Shown in pieces: positions 20,044 to 22,560 of a stretch of DNA of 22,560 bases. The position numbers and the translations under genes are program-made. Numbering within the stretch: position 1 is the stretch's first letter; every line of letters starts with the position of its first letter. The stretch comes from Paraphysomonas bandaiensis (taxonomy: Eukaryota; Protista; Chrysophyceae). The stretch covers positions 1-22,560 of the forward strand of contig CBFFRP010000626.1 in assembly GCA_965644295.1 (NCBI GenBank). The letters run 5' to 3'. The notes under the pieces were generated by a model. It worked only from the letters and a program-made list of their open reading frames with translations, was not told the origin of the DNA and ran no database searches.

Positions 20044-22560
20044 ATGGAGGAGAAGTCCCTTGTTTCTGTGAGGGAGCTCCGAGATAACCTGAAGGAGGCT
20101 CTTCGTAAATCAGGCACGCTAAATACAGTCAAGGCGCACATCAGGAAGGAGTTCATCGAGAGTCTGTCTCGTCCAGGGACTAGATCAGGGACAGGGGCGA
20201 GGGAACAGACCACACCGCATTGAGAGAGTGCTTCCGAGATAACATACTATGTAGCGCCATATATCATCATCTGCGTAAGAGCGGTCTCACCCATACAGTG
20301 TCAGTGTTAGTGGCGGAGTATGGGCTCGAGAAGAACGGAATCATATCGGAGGCAGATATTGCAGAATCTGCGAAAATACCATCCAGCATAAGTAAGCGTT
20401 CCAGTAGTGGCGTAGAGAACGATACGCCTTCTGTTTTCGGAGGCCTTGTTTGACTGGCATTCGAAGTCTTTTGGAGCACGGGTACAAGCGGAGACTTCCA
20501 CACAAACAGACATTACCGGTCCTGGAATACGAGAAATTCTAGACAATCAAATTAAAGATTTACACCTTTCTTTTCTTTCAAGGAGGGAGACGGAGCGGTT
20601 GATGCCAACGAAGACCGTGGAGGAGCGAATGATCTCCTTTCAACGAGACTGTGAAGAGCGGATGAAGAGGGAGCTGGACGCTCAGGTCGGTAAAAGTTAC
20701 AGAGTGTATGTGATTTCATGGTACAGTTTGCCTACAGATAAACTACATGAGGACAACTGAAATCAATGCTATTCGCAATGAAGAATCAAGAAAGATGCGT
20801 TTGGAGGTAGAATCTCTACGCAAAGAGATGCGAAAGCTCATACCAGTCCCGTCTACAAGCCCACTCGGACAGGGAAGCCGAATCTGCTCGAATCGCAGCT
20901 GAGAGGGAGCGCAAGTTGAATCAGATGGAATTTGATTCGCGACAGCAGATGCAGATTGAAATTGAGGAGTTGCGGAGTCGCGAGGAAAGCATTAGGCGAG
21001 AAGCTGAGTTGGAACTGCAAGGCACCAGGATGCTGGAAACTAGGCTCAAGGAAATGAAAGTTGTTTTGGAATCCCGTGAACGTGAAGTTGGTCGGCGTGA
21101 GCGTGAGCTGGAGGTAAAGATGGCTGAGATGACAGCCATCGCGCGTGACGAAGCGAGATCCACTGTAGAAAGTGAACTGGAAAGTATTTTGAGGGAGAAG
21201 GCGACGCTTATGATTGAAAGGAAACGGTTCGAGGATGAGAGAGAAGCAGATGCTGCCTTACGTCTTGCCATATCGGATATGCAGCAAGCGTTATAGTGAT
21301 ATGGAATCTTCTCTACTCGACAAAGACGAGGAGATATCTGGATTGAGGAGGACTATTGCGAAGATGCAAGCGAGTTTGGCAGCAGAGAGCGCTGATGCCG
21401 CGGAGGTACTACCAGTTTTGTATTACTGGCTTCAACTGACTACTATATATGCAGCTTGTTGAGAAATATGGGTGCGTCAATGACGATTCGCTAAAAGATG
21501 GCAAGCTTGATGGTGTGATTACTCTTATTCGCAAGAATGTAGAGCTAGAGTCTATTATCAACCAATTAAAAAGAGATGTGCAGTCCATGTCTGAACACGT
21601 GAATGCGGAGAAACTGCGAAGCGCAGAACTGGTGGCGAATATCACGAATTTAGAAGAGGTTATGCACTCTTCTATTATGTTTCCAAGAAGTGAGCTCTAT
21701 TTCAGGAGCTTGGAAAGGCGAAGAGTTTGGCCGTCGCCGCAGAAGAGGTGAAAGCAAACACAATGAGGTAAACTAGGTCAGTTTGCTGCTATATACAGAT
21801 ATGGTCAGTAATGAAGTCAATGTAATAGAGAAACTGAAGCGCGTCGTTATCACCACGAGGAAGGCGAATTCTGTCTTAAAGCAGGATCGTAAAGATTTGG
21901 AACAGCTAGTTAGCGAACAGCGCACTGCTATCGATAAGTTGCGTAAAAATACCTCAAGACAGGAGTACAAGAACTCATACAACATGCCGATGCAAAGTGA
22001 GTCGCCTGTATACAAAGCATCCTATTGTTTCTAATACTCTAGTTTTATAGCTACTGTTGTACCTAGTTGGCTGCCTGTTGACCCCAACTCGATAGGTTGC
22101 TCCCATACTGGAGGACCAAAAGGCAATTCTATGTACAAGTTATATGATAGTGTGGTCACAAGTATTTTTGCAGATTTCGTGTATTCCAGTCGAATGGAGA
22201 ACGAGCTTTCTCTAAGTTCGAATCAACGCGATGATCAAAATATTGTGTCCAGGGCACACGACCTATCACGCATATTTGAATCTGATCGAAGCAAACTCGC
22301 CAAAACTGTGGCGAGTTATGAATACCCAGATGTCAACAGAGAACAGTCGACTATTTCAAGTCCTATTGGATAAAGAAAATGTGTCCCGTAGAAATCGCGA
22401 AGAAGAAGACGAAAGGCTGAGAAAGGAGAGGCTCCGGAGGCTTGAGGAGGGAAAGAAGAAGAATGAGAGAAGAAGAGCGGTTCCGAAGGCTGCGAAGAGG
22501 AAGAGAGGGAAAGAGAGAAGATAGATTACGTAGACTCCGTGAAACAGAGGAGAGGGAGAA
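20044..22560 (+). CDS. OFD1: OFD1-like centriole/basal-body protein (TOF + LisH N-terminus, long coiled coils); multi-exon, partial, several single-base frameshifts
   Basis: ELRDNLKEALRKSGTLNTVKAHIRKEFIESL (TON1/OFD1/FOP motif), LisH-like ILCSAIYHHLRKSGLTHTVSVLVAEYG, STQT, then an E/R-rich coiled coil; GT-AG introns 20686-20737, 21406-21454, 21659-21705 and more downstream. Confidence 0.72.

Overview
Eukaryotic nuclear DNA, probably from a flagellated protist (about 50-nt spliceosomal introns and an OFD1-like basal-body gene; a stramenopile origin is a guess). Left to right: (1) the 5' half of a Ty1/Copia element running off the left edge; (2) a different, intact and young Copia element (293-bp LTRs, 1 mismatch) joined to it LTR-to-LTR with no target-site duplication (TSD); (3) an intronless, secreted, bacterial-type alpha/beta esterase; (4) a non-autonomous Ty3/Gypsy element with identical 206-bp LTRs, sitting inside a long (ATAC)n microsatellite between two divergent genes, with an array of ~105-bp structured repeats where gag should be; (5) a 6-exon CAMKK-like kinase; (6) an AT-rich spacer holding two diverged copies of an unidentified ~225-nt element with compensatory base-pair changes (candidate new structured ncRNA); (7) a divergent pair of a membrane-protein gene and an OFD1-like gene, both broken by single-base frameshifts that are most likely consensus errors. 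Best leads: the duplicated structured RNA, the GNRA-hairpin array in the Gypsy leader, and the Gypsy/(ATAC)n association.
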